Source: Octopus bimaculoides
Taxonomy: Eukaryota
Length of the DNA: 54,590 bases
Reading direction: 5' to 3'
Assembly: GCF_001194135.2 (NCBI RefSeq)
Contig: NC_068986.1
Location: 75,468,042 to 75,522,631 of the forward strand
Every line of letters starts with the position of its first letter. Position 1 is the stretch's first letter. The notes beneath the pieces were generated by a model, which had not been told where the DNA came from, did not search any database, and was given only the letters and a program-made list of their open reading frames with translations. Both the position numbers and the translations under genes were made by a program. Below are positions 1 to 10,806 of the stretch, in pieces.

Positions 1-51
<51 letters not shown>

Positions 52-977
52 ATACGTATGCATATATACATACATCACATGTACGATTGGTCATGTCTAT
101 GCGCTCGCACGTATTTGTGTGAGTATCTAATTGAATAATACGCATACATAATACATACATACATGCATGCATATATATGTGGGTGTGCATGTGTGTGTGT
201 TTGTGTGTACTGTATGTGTGTGTGTGTGCGTGTGTGTGCTTTGTGTGTGCTTTGTGTGTGCTTTGTGTGTAGAATCTACTACAATCTACTCAACGAATCG
301 ATTGTGACTTTAAACGAATCGCAATAATTAAATATGGAATTGCAGCGCCGAAATATTGCAATCCTGTAATGACTGTACAGACAGGAATTAGTATTGGAAC
401 CAACGTAAATAATGGTAACTAATCAGAGATGGGATTCTACTGAAGTCAAACTAATGGTTTGCCGTCGTCGGCGACGTCGTTGTTGCTAAGGTAATTGTTG
501 TTGTTATTCTCGTTGTCGTTGCAGCTCTTATTATCGTTGTCGTCGCATTGGCAGCGTTGGTGCTGGTGTTAGTGGTGGNNNNNNNNNNNNNNNNNNNNNN
601 NNNNNNNNNNNNNNNNNNNNNNNNNNNNNNNNNNNNNNNNNNNNNNNNNNNNNNNNNNNNNNNNNNNNNNNNNNNNNNNNNNNNNNNNNNNNNNNNNNNN
701 NNNNNNNNNNNNNNNNNNNNNNNNNNNNNNNNNNNNNNNNNNNNNNNNNNNNNNNNNNNNNNNNNNNNNNNNNNNNNNNNNNNNNNNNNNNNNNNNNNNN
801 NNNNNNNNNNNNNNNNNNNNNNNNNNNNNNNNNNNNNNNNNNNNNNNNNNNNNNNNNNNNNNNNNNNNNNNNNNNNNNNNNNNNNNNNNNNNNNNNNNNN
901 NNNNNNNNNNNNNNNNNNNNNNNNNNNNNNNNNNNNNNNNNNNNNNNNNNNNNNNNNNNNNNNNNNNNNNNNNNNNG

Positions 978-1123
978 TACGCAACTGGTACTTAATTTGT
1001 CGACCCTTAAAGGACGAAGGGCATAGTCGACCTCGGCAGAATTTGAACTCAGAACGCAAAGACAGACGAAATACACTAAGCATTTCGCCCGGCGTGCTAA
1101 CGTTTCTGCCAGCTCGCCGTCTT
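978..1123 (-). mobile_element. tRNA-derived SINE, family A (5' part; remainder lies in the N gap)
   Basis: Reverse complement reads ggcgagctggcagaaacgttagcacgccgggcg...gagttcaaattc (A/B-box-like head) followed by gcccttcgtcctttaagggtcgacaaattaagtaccag. The same design recurs about 10 times in the window. Confidence 0.85.
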
Positions 1124-1139
1124 ATAGTAAGAAAATATT

Positions 1140-1372
1140 TATTTTTTTATTGCCCACAGGGAGTTAAACATAGAAAGGACAAACAAGGACAGGCAAATGG
1201 ATTAAGTCGATTACATCGATCACAGTGCGTAACTGGTACTTATTTAATCGACCCCGAAAGGATGAAAGCTAAAGTCGACCTCGGCGGAGTTTGAACTCAG
1301 AACGCAACGGCAGACGAAATATCGCTAAGCATTTCGTCCGCCGTGCTAACGTTTCTGCCAGCTCGCCGCCTT
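1140..1372 (-). mobile_element. tRNA-derived SINE, family A, flanked by a 16-bp direct repeat
   Basis: Full head plus the ctttcatcctttcggggtcgat core. atagtaagaaaatatt occurs at both 1124-1139 and 1373-1388. Confidence 0.9.
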
Positions 1373-1749
1373 ATAGTAAGAAAATATTAAGGAAGAACTG
1401 AGTTCGATTTAATCGACAGCTACAAACCAGGAACTGGGGACCCTAAAATTAACGCTATCTTTAATGTCGTTCAGTTAATTCTTGCGACTACACTGGTGCT
1501 AAATTGCACCGGCTTTGCCTTTAACAACATCAGTGGCATAGAGAGAGGAGATCTGCTGCATCGGCAGCTAAATGCCGATCCATGGTTACGTGAGACATAC
1601 AGATATCAATGAAGTCTTTTCTTATTGAACCACAGACGGATGAGATCGCAAGGACAAGAAATGTGACATGTTTTTTAAAGTTTTAGTTAAAGGAAGAGGG
1701 GATAGGATCCATGACTCTATGATTTTTGCAAGACCTTCAAACTAGTGGT

Positions 1750-1876
1750 GGAAAAAAGAAAATCTCACGTTGGGAAAAGAAAATCTCACGTTGGAAAAAG
1801 AAAATCTCAAGTTGGAAAAAGAAAATCTCACGTTTGAAAAAGAAAATCTCACGTTGGAAAAAGAAAATCTCACGTT
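1750..1876 (+). repeat. 21-bp minisatellite, 6 copies (ggaaaaagaaaatctcacgtt)
   Basis: Six consecutive near-identical units read directly from the sequence. Confidence 0.95.
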
Positions 1877-3049
1877 AGACTCCAACTAATTGTATTAATT
1901 ACTGTGGAAAATTTAGTCCGACACTTCACCACAATCTGCGACAAATAATCATTCGTTTTCACTAATGACAATGTTATGTCTTTTACTTAAGTTGTTCGGG
2001 GTTACCATCAGCATGAAGGCTACGTTTCACTGATGAGATCAGAACAGTACCAAAACATCCCTGGACTATCTCTCATAGTTAACAGAAAACATGATGCGAA
2101 TTGTATTAGTCATACACTAATAACGTTTTTTGTTTCCAAGCAACAATATTTATTTTCAGTTAGCTGTATTAAAAGCTTAAAGTTTTAGATACAACTAACT
2201 GAAAATAAATTTGCATTAAAAATTGATGAACACTAAGTCAATAATTTTATAATTGCAGCGGAGAGGTTAACTGAATTTTCTCTCTGCATCTAAGAGACTT
2301 TTAAAATATCAAACTCATGGAAATGAAAAGTAAAATCGACCTCGTTTGAGATGGGTCTCAGAAAGATAAGGTAGCAAGCAACATAGGTTGTATCAGCATC
2401 TAATGTGTGCTTGGCTTGTTTCAACCCCAAGAATTACGCAGAGTAACAGAACATCGTTGGATAAAATGCTTCAAGATAACAAATAGGAAGAGTAAGGTTG
2501 GGCTGATAAAGATAATGACTACATCTTGGAAGCAAGAGCCAAGGGTGATACAGATGATTAACCTCACACAATAATCACCATTAATCATCTGTCAAGCGAC
2601 TGAAAGATTCGAACATGAGAAGAAAGCTTCCCTACATTACGAATAACAGAGCCAGTAAAATCCATCTTTTCTATTGGCAGTTAAGAACTTGAGGAAGCAG
2701 AATTAGTAGGTGAGGGAGAAAGAGAAGGGACCTTTGAAGTCATATATATATGAAGGAAATGTTCTCTATGTGGCCTGTGTGTTTTCTGTACNNNNNNNNN
2801 NNNNNNNNNNNNNNNNNNNNNNNNNNNNNNNNNNNNNNNNNNNNNNNNNNNNNNNNNNNNNNNNNNNNNNNNNNNNNNNNNNNNNNNNNNNTGTGTGTGT
2901 GTGTGTGTGTGTGTGTGAGTGAGTGTGTGAGAGAGAGAGAGTTAGAGAGAGAGAGAGATAGAGAGACAGAGAGATGGACAGAGAGAAAGAGAGCTTATTT
3001 GCTGGTGTGTCCTTAAACTCAAGTAATTAACTGTGACATCGTGCCGGCC

Positions 3050-3300
3050 ATACTAAATGAGCAACATGTCCATATCTGCTGACATTCAAAACTTCATATC
3101 CACGACGAAGTCAATGATATTTAATACTTGTTCAAATACTTGACCACTTCACTGGAACCTCAGAAAGTTAAGATTTGCTGGATTTTTAGTGGTCTGAATC
3201 TTGTTGAAATATTCTCTGGCCAAGGTTAGCCACTTTGGGAATATGTGAGCAGAATTTTGTTGAACGGTTATCCAGTCTTTCAACACTTGGCTTCAAAATA
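3050..3300 (-). mobile_element. Possible decayed Tc1/mariner transposase fragment
   Basis: Minus-strand translation gives RIFQQDSDH, then KWSS and LDF-like remnants with stops and frameshifts. This resembles the FQQD...WP...PLD catalytic region. Confidence 0.35.
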
Positions 3301-4818
3301 ATGAAATATAATTAATGTTAATGAAACCAGACAATGTCCAGATCGGACTTCATTTTCGTGTCGTAGATAGAAGAAAATGTAGAATCTGGTGCGCATTGCG
3401 TTAGTTTCAATCATCGAGATGTGAATGTGTTGAAGTAGTGTCTTGGTGATTCGCTTGATCTGATAGGAATAACAAGCAAATCTAACTCAAATCATCCACA
3501 ATCGTTTAAAAAATTGTACAATGATTATAATAAGCAAAGGTGAGATGGTTACAGTTTTTCTTTTTCTTATATCGCAATTGTTTACACACACACACACACA
3601 AGCCCTGACACGCAAGCACTGACACGCAGGCACGCACACGCAAGCATGCACACGCACGCACGCGCGCACACATACACACACGTATATGATCTATTTCTAG
3701 CACATTAATTGTCCACGTTAATGGTCAACGTTATTTTTTTTAAATGTACCTTAATCCCTTGAGATTGCAGATACTACTTCTGAATCTCTTTGATTCTTTA
3801 GATGTGCTGGCCTCCTGATAATTAATCGATATTAATTAATATATGATTAATTACCAGATTTTATAATAATATATATATATATATATANNNNNNNNNNNNN
3901 NNNNNNNNNNNNNNNNNNNNNNNNNNNNNNNNNNNNNNNNNNNNNNNNNNNNNNNNNNNNNNNNNNNNNNNNNNNNNNNNNNNNNNNNNNNNNNNNNNNN
4001 NNNNNNNNNNNNNNNNNNNNNNNNNNNNNNNNNNNNNNNNNNNNNNNNNNNNNNNNNNNNNNNNNNNNNNNNNNNNNNNNNNNNNNNNNNNNNNNNNNNN
4101 NNNNNNNNNNNNNNNNNNNNNNNNNNNNNNNNNNNNNNNNNNNNNNNNNNNNNNNNNNNNNNNNNNNNNNNNNNNNNNNNNNNNNNNNNNNNNNNNNNNN
4201 NNNNNNNNNNNNNNNNNNNNNNNNNNNNNNNNNNNNNNNNNNNNNNNNNNNNNNNNNNNNNNNNNNNNNNNNNNNNNNNNNNNNNNNNNNNNNNNNNNNN
4301 NNNNNNNNNNNNNNNNNNNNNNNNNNNNNNNNNNNNNNNNNNNNNNNNNNNNNNNNNNNNNNNNNNNNNNNNNNNNNNNNNNNNNNNNNNNNNNNNNNNN
4401 NNNNNNNNNNNNNNNNNNNNNNNNNNNNNNNNNNNNNNNNNNNNNNNNNNNNNNNNNNNNNNNNNNNNNNNNNNNNNNNNNNNNNNNNNNNNNNNNNNNN
4501 NNNNNNNNNNNNNNNNNNNNNNNNNNNNNNNNNNNNNNNNNNNNNNNNNNNNNNNNNNNNNNNNNNNNNNNNNNNNNNNNNNNNNNNNNNNNNNNNNNNN
4601 NNNNNNNNNNNNNNNNNNNNNNNNNNNNNNNNNNNNNNNNNNNNNNNNNNNNNNNNNNNNNNNNNNNNNNNNNNNNNNNNNNNNNNNNNNNNNNNNNNNN
4701 NNNNNNNNNNNNNNNNNNNNNNNNNNNNNNNNNNNNNNNNNNNNNNNNNNNNNNNNNNNNNNNNNNNNNNNNNNNNNNNNNNNNNNNNNNNNNNNNNNNN
4801 NNNNNNNNNNNNNNNNNN

Positions 4819-5087
4819 CTCCGGCAGGGGATGGTGGCGAACCCTGCTGTACTCCTTCACCATAACTTTCTCTCAATCTTACTTCCTGTTTCTGTTGTGC
4901 CTGTAATTCAAAGGGTCAGCCTTGTCACACTGTGTCATGCTGAATCCCCTCGAGAACTACGTTAAGGGTACACTTGTCTGTGGAGTGCTCTGCCACTTGC
5001 ACGTTAATTTCACGAGCAGGCTGTTCCGTTGATCGGATCAAATGGAACCCTCGACGTCGTAAGCGACGGAGTGCCAACAACAACAAT
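4819..5087 (+). mobile_element. SINE family C, 3' part ending in a (CAA)n tail
   Basis: Near-identical to the reverse complement of 37614-37880. Ends ggagtgccaacaacaac. Confidence 0.9.
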
Positions 5088-5285
5088 ATGTTTGCGTGTC
5101 TGTGTTACCCACCACCATCATCGTTTGACAACCGATGGTGGTGTGTTTACGTTCCCGTAAATTAGTGGTTCGACAAAAAGAGTACTAGGCTTACAAAGAA
5201 TAAATCCTGAAGTCGATTTGTTCGACTAAAGGTGGTGCTCCAGCATGGCCGCAGTTAAAATGACTGATACAAATAAAAAAAAAAT
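5088..5285 (+). mobile_element. SINE family B (CORE-like), 3' half
   Basis: Contains gacaaccgatggtggtgtgtttacg...ggtggtgctccagcatggccgcag...actgatacaaataaaa, matching other copies. Confidence 0.85.
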
Positions 5286-5426
5286 TAAATTAAATAAATA
5301 AATAAATAAAAACGTCTGCAGACACATAATTACTTCCTAGTAGTCATGCTAATTGTTCACAGCACAGACACAAACACACACATAGACAAACGCATACGCA
5401 CACACACACACACACACAAACACTCA

Positions 5427-5467
<41 letters not shown>

Positions 5468-5721
5468 ATACACACGCACACACATTAGCATATACAACAC
5501 TATATTATATTTGATCTGCTTTCTGACACCATTATACACTATAAAGATCATAAACATTCATAGTACATCTACTAACCCGGTTACTGATATATTTTCCGTG
5601 CATATTTTCCTTTTCTTTCGCTTGTATTTATATTTAGAATATAACGCACGTTCTTATTTATATTCAGAACACACAAACACACACACACATACACACACAG
5701 AAGGACACACACACACACACA

Positions 5722-5787
<66 letters not shown>

Positions 5788-5789
5788 CT

Positions 5790-6004
5790 CTTTTACTCTT
5801 TTATTTGTTTCAGTCATTAGACTGTGACCATGCTGGAGTACCGTCTTTAGTCGAGCAAATAGACCCCAAGACTTATTCTTTGTAAGCCTAGTACTTATTC
5901 TATCGGTCTCTTTCGCCGAACCGCTACGTTACGGAGACGTAAACACACCAGCATCGGTTGTCAAGTAATGTTGGGGGGATAAACATAGACACACAAATAT
6001 ATAT

Positions 6005-6037
<33 letters not shown>

Positions 6038-6199
6038 CATATATACGACGGGCTTCTTTTAGTTTCCGTCTACCAAATCCACTCACAAGGCCCGAGGCGA
6101 AAGTAGAAGATACTTGCCCAAGGTGCCACGCAGTGGGAATGAACCCGGAACCATGTGATTGGTAAGTAAGCTACTTACCACACACCCACTCCTGCGCCT
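5790..6199 (-). mobile_element. SINE family B (CORE-like), near full length with internal (TA)/(TG) microsatellite
   Basis: Minus strand reads ggcgcaggagtgggtgtgtggtaag...ggttccgggttcattcccactgcgtggcaccttgggcaagtatcttctac (tRNA head plus CORE-like ccttgggcaagt), then the 3' tail cagcatggtcacagtctaatgactgaaacaaataaaag. Confidence 0.9.
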
Positions 6200-6389
6200 A
6201 TATATATATCAATAGTAATAGTATGACAACAAAAGAATGAATGAAACCTCGATATTATGTAAATAGAGGAATTTATCTGTAATATAATGTTGCCATAATA
6301 AACTCCGAGTTTCGGATGTCGGGGCGGAAATCTGCTCCAGCATCACGTCAGTTATTAAGACAAACAAAAAATGACTAAATATATATATA

Positions 6390-6545
6390 TAGGACGGGTC
6401 TCTTTTAGTTTCCGGCAACCAAATATCCACTCACGAGGCTTTGATCGGCCCAAGGTCATAGTAGAGGAGTCTTGCCAATAATGTCACGCAGTGAGACTGA
6501 ACTCGGAACCATGTGGTGTTTGAGAAGCTAAATTCTTATCAAACA
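6390..6545 (-). mobile_element. SINE family B, degenerate 5' half
   Basis: Similar to the 5' half of 5790-6199. Confidence 0.7.
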
Positions 6546-7589
6546 GCCGTCCATACTTATACATACATGCATTTTATATATATATATATAATATATATAT
6601 NNNNNNNNNNNNNNNNNNNNNNNNNNNNNNNNNNNNNNNNNNNNNNNNNNNNNNNNNNNNNNNNNNNNNNNNNNNNNNNNNNNNNNNNNNNNNNNNNNNN
6701 NNNNNNNNNNNNNNNNNNNNNNNNNNNNNNNNNNNNNNNNNNNNNNNNNNNNNNNNNNNNNNNNNNNNNNNNNNNNNNNNNNNNNNNNNNNNNNNNNNNN
6801 NNNNNNNNNNNNNNNNNNNNNNNNNNNNNNNNNNNNNNNNNNNNNNNNNNNNNNNNNNNNNNNNNNNNNNNNNNNNNNNNNNNNNNNNNNNNNNNNNNNN
6901 NNNNNNNNNNNNNNNNNNNNNNNNNNNNNNNNNNNNNNNNNNNNNNNNNNNNNNNNNNNNNNNNNNNNNNNNNNNNNNNNNNNNNNNNNNNNNNNNNNNN
7001 NNNNNNNNNNNNNNNNNNNNNNNNNNNNNNNNNNNNNNNNNNNNNNNNNNNNNNNNNNNNNTAGAGAGAAGGAAGGGAAAGATAGCAAGAAACTTTTAAT
7101 CTAGATGAGTAAATGTTTTAATCTCGTCACCCCATCCCAAGAATCAAGTTTAGGAATTAACTCAATTTAATCATATCAGTTGCAAAACCTTCAATTTATC
7201 ATCACATATGCCTCAATCTATTTACTTCTATTTATTTATTTTTTTCTATCCAGCTTAGTCACATGTTCTTTCATAATTTCCTCTTTTTTCTTGTCTTTTT
7301 TTTTTTTCTAAATTATTAATCATAGCTGACTGGTGTTTCTGCAACCATTCTCTGCGTGTGAGATCTTACAAATCTCTGCGATATCTAACATTGCATCTCT
7401 TAATTCTCTCAGTAATTTATCGCTGGTAATCCTTGACTTTGAGTAAAGTCTCATTTATGGAATTAATCCTGCAATGACAACGACATGTAAGAATAAAAGA
7501 TTATCCGTTTGTCTAGTTTAAAATATTCCTCAAGCAGTTGTTACTGTTTTAAGTAAAAAGCAACTACTTTCTTCATATCAGGTTTTCTA

Positions 7590-7860
7590 TATACACAACA
7601 CTTCCGTGTCCTGCCAAAAAGGCTGAGAGACCTACATGGGATGGATGTAGGTGTATTCATAAGAAAACTGTCAAGGGTTCCTAACGAACAGACCTCGCGG
7701 CAAGAAACGCAGATGAGGGCAGCAACATCAAATTTTCTCATTCACCACACATCAGAGGAGGTTTCAAGTAATTTCAAGTAGTGAAAGAGCAGCAAAGCTA
7801 ATGGCGTTGCCCCAGCATGGCCAAGGCTCTCCAACTGAAACTAGTAAAAAGAAAACGAAA
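7590..7860 (+). mobile_element. 3' end of a CR1-group LINE (ORF2 C-terminus plus 3' UTR)
   Basis: 7599-7781 translates HFRVLPKRLRDLHGMDVGVFIRKLSRVPNEQTSRQETQMRAATSNFLIHH...*. This matches the CR1-group C-terminal pattern (F..LP..LR...G..V..FK..L...VPDEP...RAA.SN.L). Confidence 0.7.
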
Positions 7861-8126
7861 AAGTCTCACCAGAATTATATGCCACTCTACACTACTGCAT
7901 CCATGCTTCTGAATATTTCTTGGGGGAGGGGAAATTCATATTGGTTTTATTAGAAATTCTAATGAGCTTTGTATTGATAATTGGATAAGACACTGTATAA
8001 GGAATACAAAAGTCGCTTAGAAATTTTGCTGCGATTCCAAGTAAGCTTCCCACTATAACTTGAGCGAAAGTTACTTTAAATAAACTAGTGACATATCGAA
8101 GGGTATAGCATTCGTCTTTTAATGGA

Positions 8127-8770
8127 ATTCTCTAGCGGTCGAGCGTCCATCATTTGGTGGTCGCGGCGCTAGAGGTAGCGGGGATTTATGTCCTCGCTAT
8201 CGATATAAATAAGAGTGCATTTAGAACCAAAAGACAATATGAGAGTTTCTGTTATGTCAACTATCGCAATATAGTTTGTTCTAACAGAACATGCACGTTT
8301 AAGTGTGGATAAATACTACCTATCAGTCTTGATATTGCCTCTATCGCTAATATACATTTTTTTTTACACACTAACTGGCTAATTGCAAGACCAGCTCTTG
8401 TTCTGGCACTGTTATTTATTCTATATATCGTAGGTGGGGAGATGAATCACTGTTATCTCTAGTGCTTGAACGTCCATAATTGACGAAACCAAGAAAGGTC
8501 GAAATTATGTGATCTGGTGGTCTTGCCGCTGTGGGTGACGGAGATTTATCTTCCCGCTAGCGATATCAACAAGAATGCATTTTGCACCAAAAGCCAATAT
8601 AAGATTTTTTTCATGTTAGCTATCGCAGTATAGTTTGTTCTAACGGAACATCTACGTTTAAATGGAGATGAATATTACCTCTCGGTATTAATGCTACCTC
8701 TGGCGCTAATATACATTTTTTTTAGCTAACTGGCTAATAGTGACATCAACACCTGTTCTGGTACTGTTTT
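8127..8770 (+). repeat. Two-copy diverged tandem repeat (period 327-360 bp) carrying a decayed hammerhead motif
   Basis: 8127-8415 aligns to 8452-8770; both contain tatagtttgttctaac and cgctaatatacatttttt. Copy 2 has 33 extra nt holding an HHR-like core. Confidence 0.85.
8472..8522 (+). ncRNA. Degenerate type I hammerhead ribozyme
   Basis: gtccataa-TTGACGA-aacc/aagaaa/ggtc-GAAA-ttatgtga-TC-tggtggtc. Stems I-III are recognisable but C3 and the 10.1 base are mutated. Confidence 0.55.
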
Positions 8771-8771
8771 A

Positions 8772-8910
8772 TAGGTGCAAGCGTGGCTGTGTGTTACGAA
8801 GCTTGCTTCCCAACCATGTGGTTCCTTGAGCAAGTGTCTTCTACTATAGTCTCGGGCCGACCAAAGCCTTGTAGTGGATTTTGTAGACGGAAACTGAAAG
8901 AAGCCTATCG

Positions 8911-8940
<30 letters not shown>
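8772..8940 (+). mobile_element. SINE family B, 5' half
   Basis: ggtgcaagcgtggctgtgtgttacgaagcttgcttcccaacc...gggccgaccaaagccttg...gaaactgaaagaagcc followed by (ta)n. Confidence 0.85.
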
Positions 8941-8941
<1 letters not shown>

Positions 8942-8944
8942 CGT

Positions 8945-9085
8945 TTTTCTAGCTGGTTTGCAAGATTCCTTATGTGAATTTGTGTATTGAAACAAATTAT
9001 GTTATGTCTGGGGAGAGTCAGTCATAGTCCCTTGATATAACACACACACTGCTTCAATTTCTCATTTATTTATTCCTTCTATTTA
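8945..9085 (+). repeat. Single arm homologous to the foldback element at 23180-23566
   Basis: ctggtttgcaagattccttatgtgaatttgtgtattgaaacaaatt matches 23185-23230. Confidence 0.7.
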
Positions 9086-9195
9086 TTCNNNNNNNNNNNN
9101 NNNNNNNNNNNNNNNNNNNNNNNNNNNNNNNNNNNNNNNNNNNNNNNNNNNNNNNNNNNNNNNNNNNNNGTGTGTGTGTGTGTGCGCGCGCTCGC

Positions 9196-9420
9196 GCGCG
9201 TATCTGTATTTGATCCACGCCACTGCTTGACAATCTGTGCCGGTGTGTTTACGTTCCAGCTGACTAGCGGTTCGGCAAAAGAGACCGATAGAATAAGTAC
9301 CAGGGCTTAAAAAAAAAAAACAAGTGCTTAGGTCAATTCATTCGACTAGAAATTCTTCAAGGCGATGCCCCAGCATGTCCGCAGTCTATCGACTGAAACA
9401 AGTGGAAGAGCTAAAAGATA
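9196..9420 (+). mobile_element. SINE family B, 3' half
   Basis: tagcggttcggcaaaagagaccgatagaataagtac...ggcgatgccccagcatgtccgcag...gactgaaacaag. Confidence 0.85.
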
Positions 9421-10477
9421 ATTCAGTAGAATTCGATGTTGAATATCAGGCCAATGAATCATTATGTTTCAGCCAGCAAGAAAACAAATCAAATTAGCAA
9501 TAGAAACAAGAGTGTTCCGTTTCTTCGCGTATTCGTTTGTTTGTTAAATTGATATTGATTACGTCTTAATATATTGTTTATTTTATAAAAGGTAAAATAA
9601 CATTGTTTAGAAATGTTGGTTTTATGTCAACTAAATGGTTCTTACGTTGTAAAAAGTGATGTCCACTTACCTCCTTACACTAAAAAGATTTTTAAAAAAG
9701 ACATTAAAAAGTTAACTAAAAAATACCTTACGTGGTTGGATAATGTAATTTAATTGGTGTACACGTATGTTAAAGTATTCAAAAGAAGCTTAGAGAATTC
9801 GACCCATAAAATAAATATTAACTCTTTACAAACTACATTTAAATGGTGACCGTGTTATAATATAACACTTATTTCAATCCGGGGTATTTTTAGATTCAAC
9901 TTTCAACTTCTGATTCATTTGATCAATTTTCATTTCATTGTTTTACGAGTAAAATGTCGATGTTTCCTTTGTTGTTGCCAGTGGTGTCGGGTAACCCTAT
10001 GATCATAAATGTTCTAGTCGTGACCATCCCGGTTTTCATTTTTAACATCATACATCAGGAACTCCCATATTTAATGTGTCCTTCCCTACTTTTTTTTTTT
10101 TTTTTACTTTAAGATGATAGAATGTGATTTGATGGACATTTTGATTGCTATTTGTTGCAGGCCTAGCGAATACAGTTTGAACAGCTTTGTTTATGGTTAC
10201 CGTCGATAACTATTGCCAAATATTAATGTCACGAGGAAAGGTCAAATAAATAAATACATGAAAAAATGTGTCCATCAGATAAGGTCACATTCTTTTGTGA
10301 CAGAAGTTTAACTACGAATGAATACGGTAACGCAGTCACATAAGGTGTTTTCTATTATTAGATCCATCCGAAGTTGAAGAATCACGCTGTCGAAACTCAG
10401 CATCTCATGACTCACGCATTCTAAAGAGGACCATAGTAGAACTATTTTAGTCAGACAATGTGTAGCTAATATACGTA

Positions 10478-10525
<48 letters not shown>

Positions 10526-10605
10526 AACACAAACAACCCAGTAACGCCCTTAATAATATATACAAATGAAAATTTATATATAAATAAGATATAAGATATA
10601 AGATA

Positions 10606-10754
10606 TGGTTATGTCGTAAGAAGCTTGCTTCCCAAACGCATGGTTCCGGGTTCAGTCCTACTGCGTAGCACCTTGGGCAAGTGTCTTCTACTGAAGCTTC
10701 ATGCCGATCAAAGCTTTGTGAGTGGATTTGGTAGATGGAAACTGAAAGAAGTCC

Positions 10755-10799
<45 letters not shown>
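10606..10799 (+). mobile_element. SINE family B, 5' half ending in (TA)n
   Basis: atggttatgtcgtaagaagcttgcttccc...ccttgggcaagtgtcttctac...gaaactgaaagaag. Confidence 0.85.

Positions 10800-10806
<7 letters not shown>

Noticed and set aside
1750-1876. CRISPR-like array
   Set aside because: Units are directly adjacent with no unique spacers, the DNA is eukaryotic and no cas genes are present.
2380-2700. Probable interspersed repeats of unknown class (also 9985-10170, 38030-38620 and 44560-44690)
   Set aside because: They look repeat-like and some resemble each other weakly, but I cannot define boundaries or class from this window alone.
8325-8710. Paired 27-nt minus-strand micro-exons (AG...GT) in the two tandem copies, with third-position differences
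   Set aside because: The acceptors lack a pyrimidine tract, the bias is modest over the rest of the alignment, and the HHR/retrozyme reading explains the repeat better.
9665-9681. 9-nt minus-strand micro-exon (tttag TGTAAGGAG gtaagt)
   Set aside because: One such match is plausible by chance in 54 kb of AT-rich DNA, and there is no other support.
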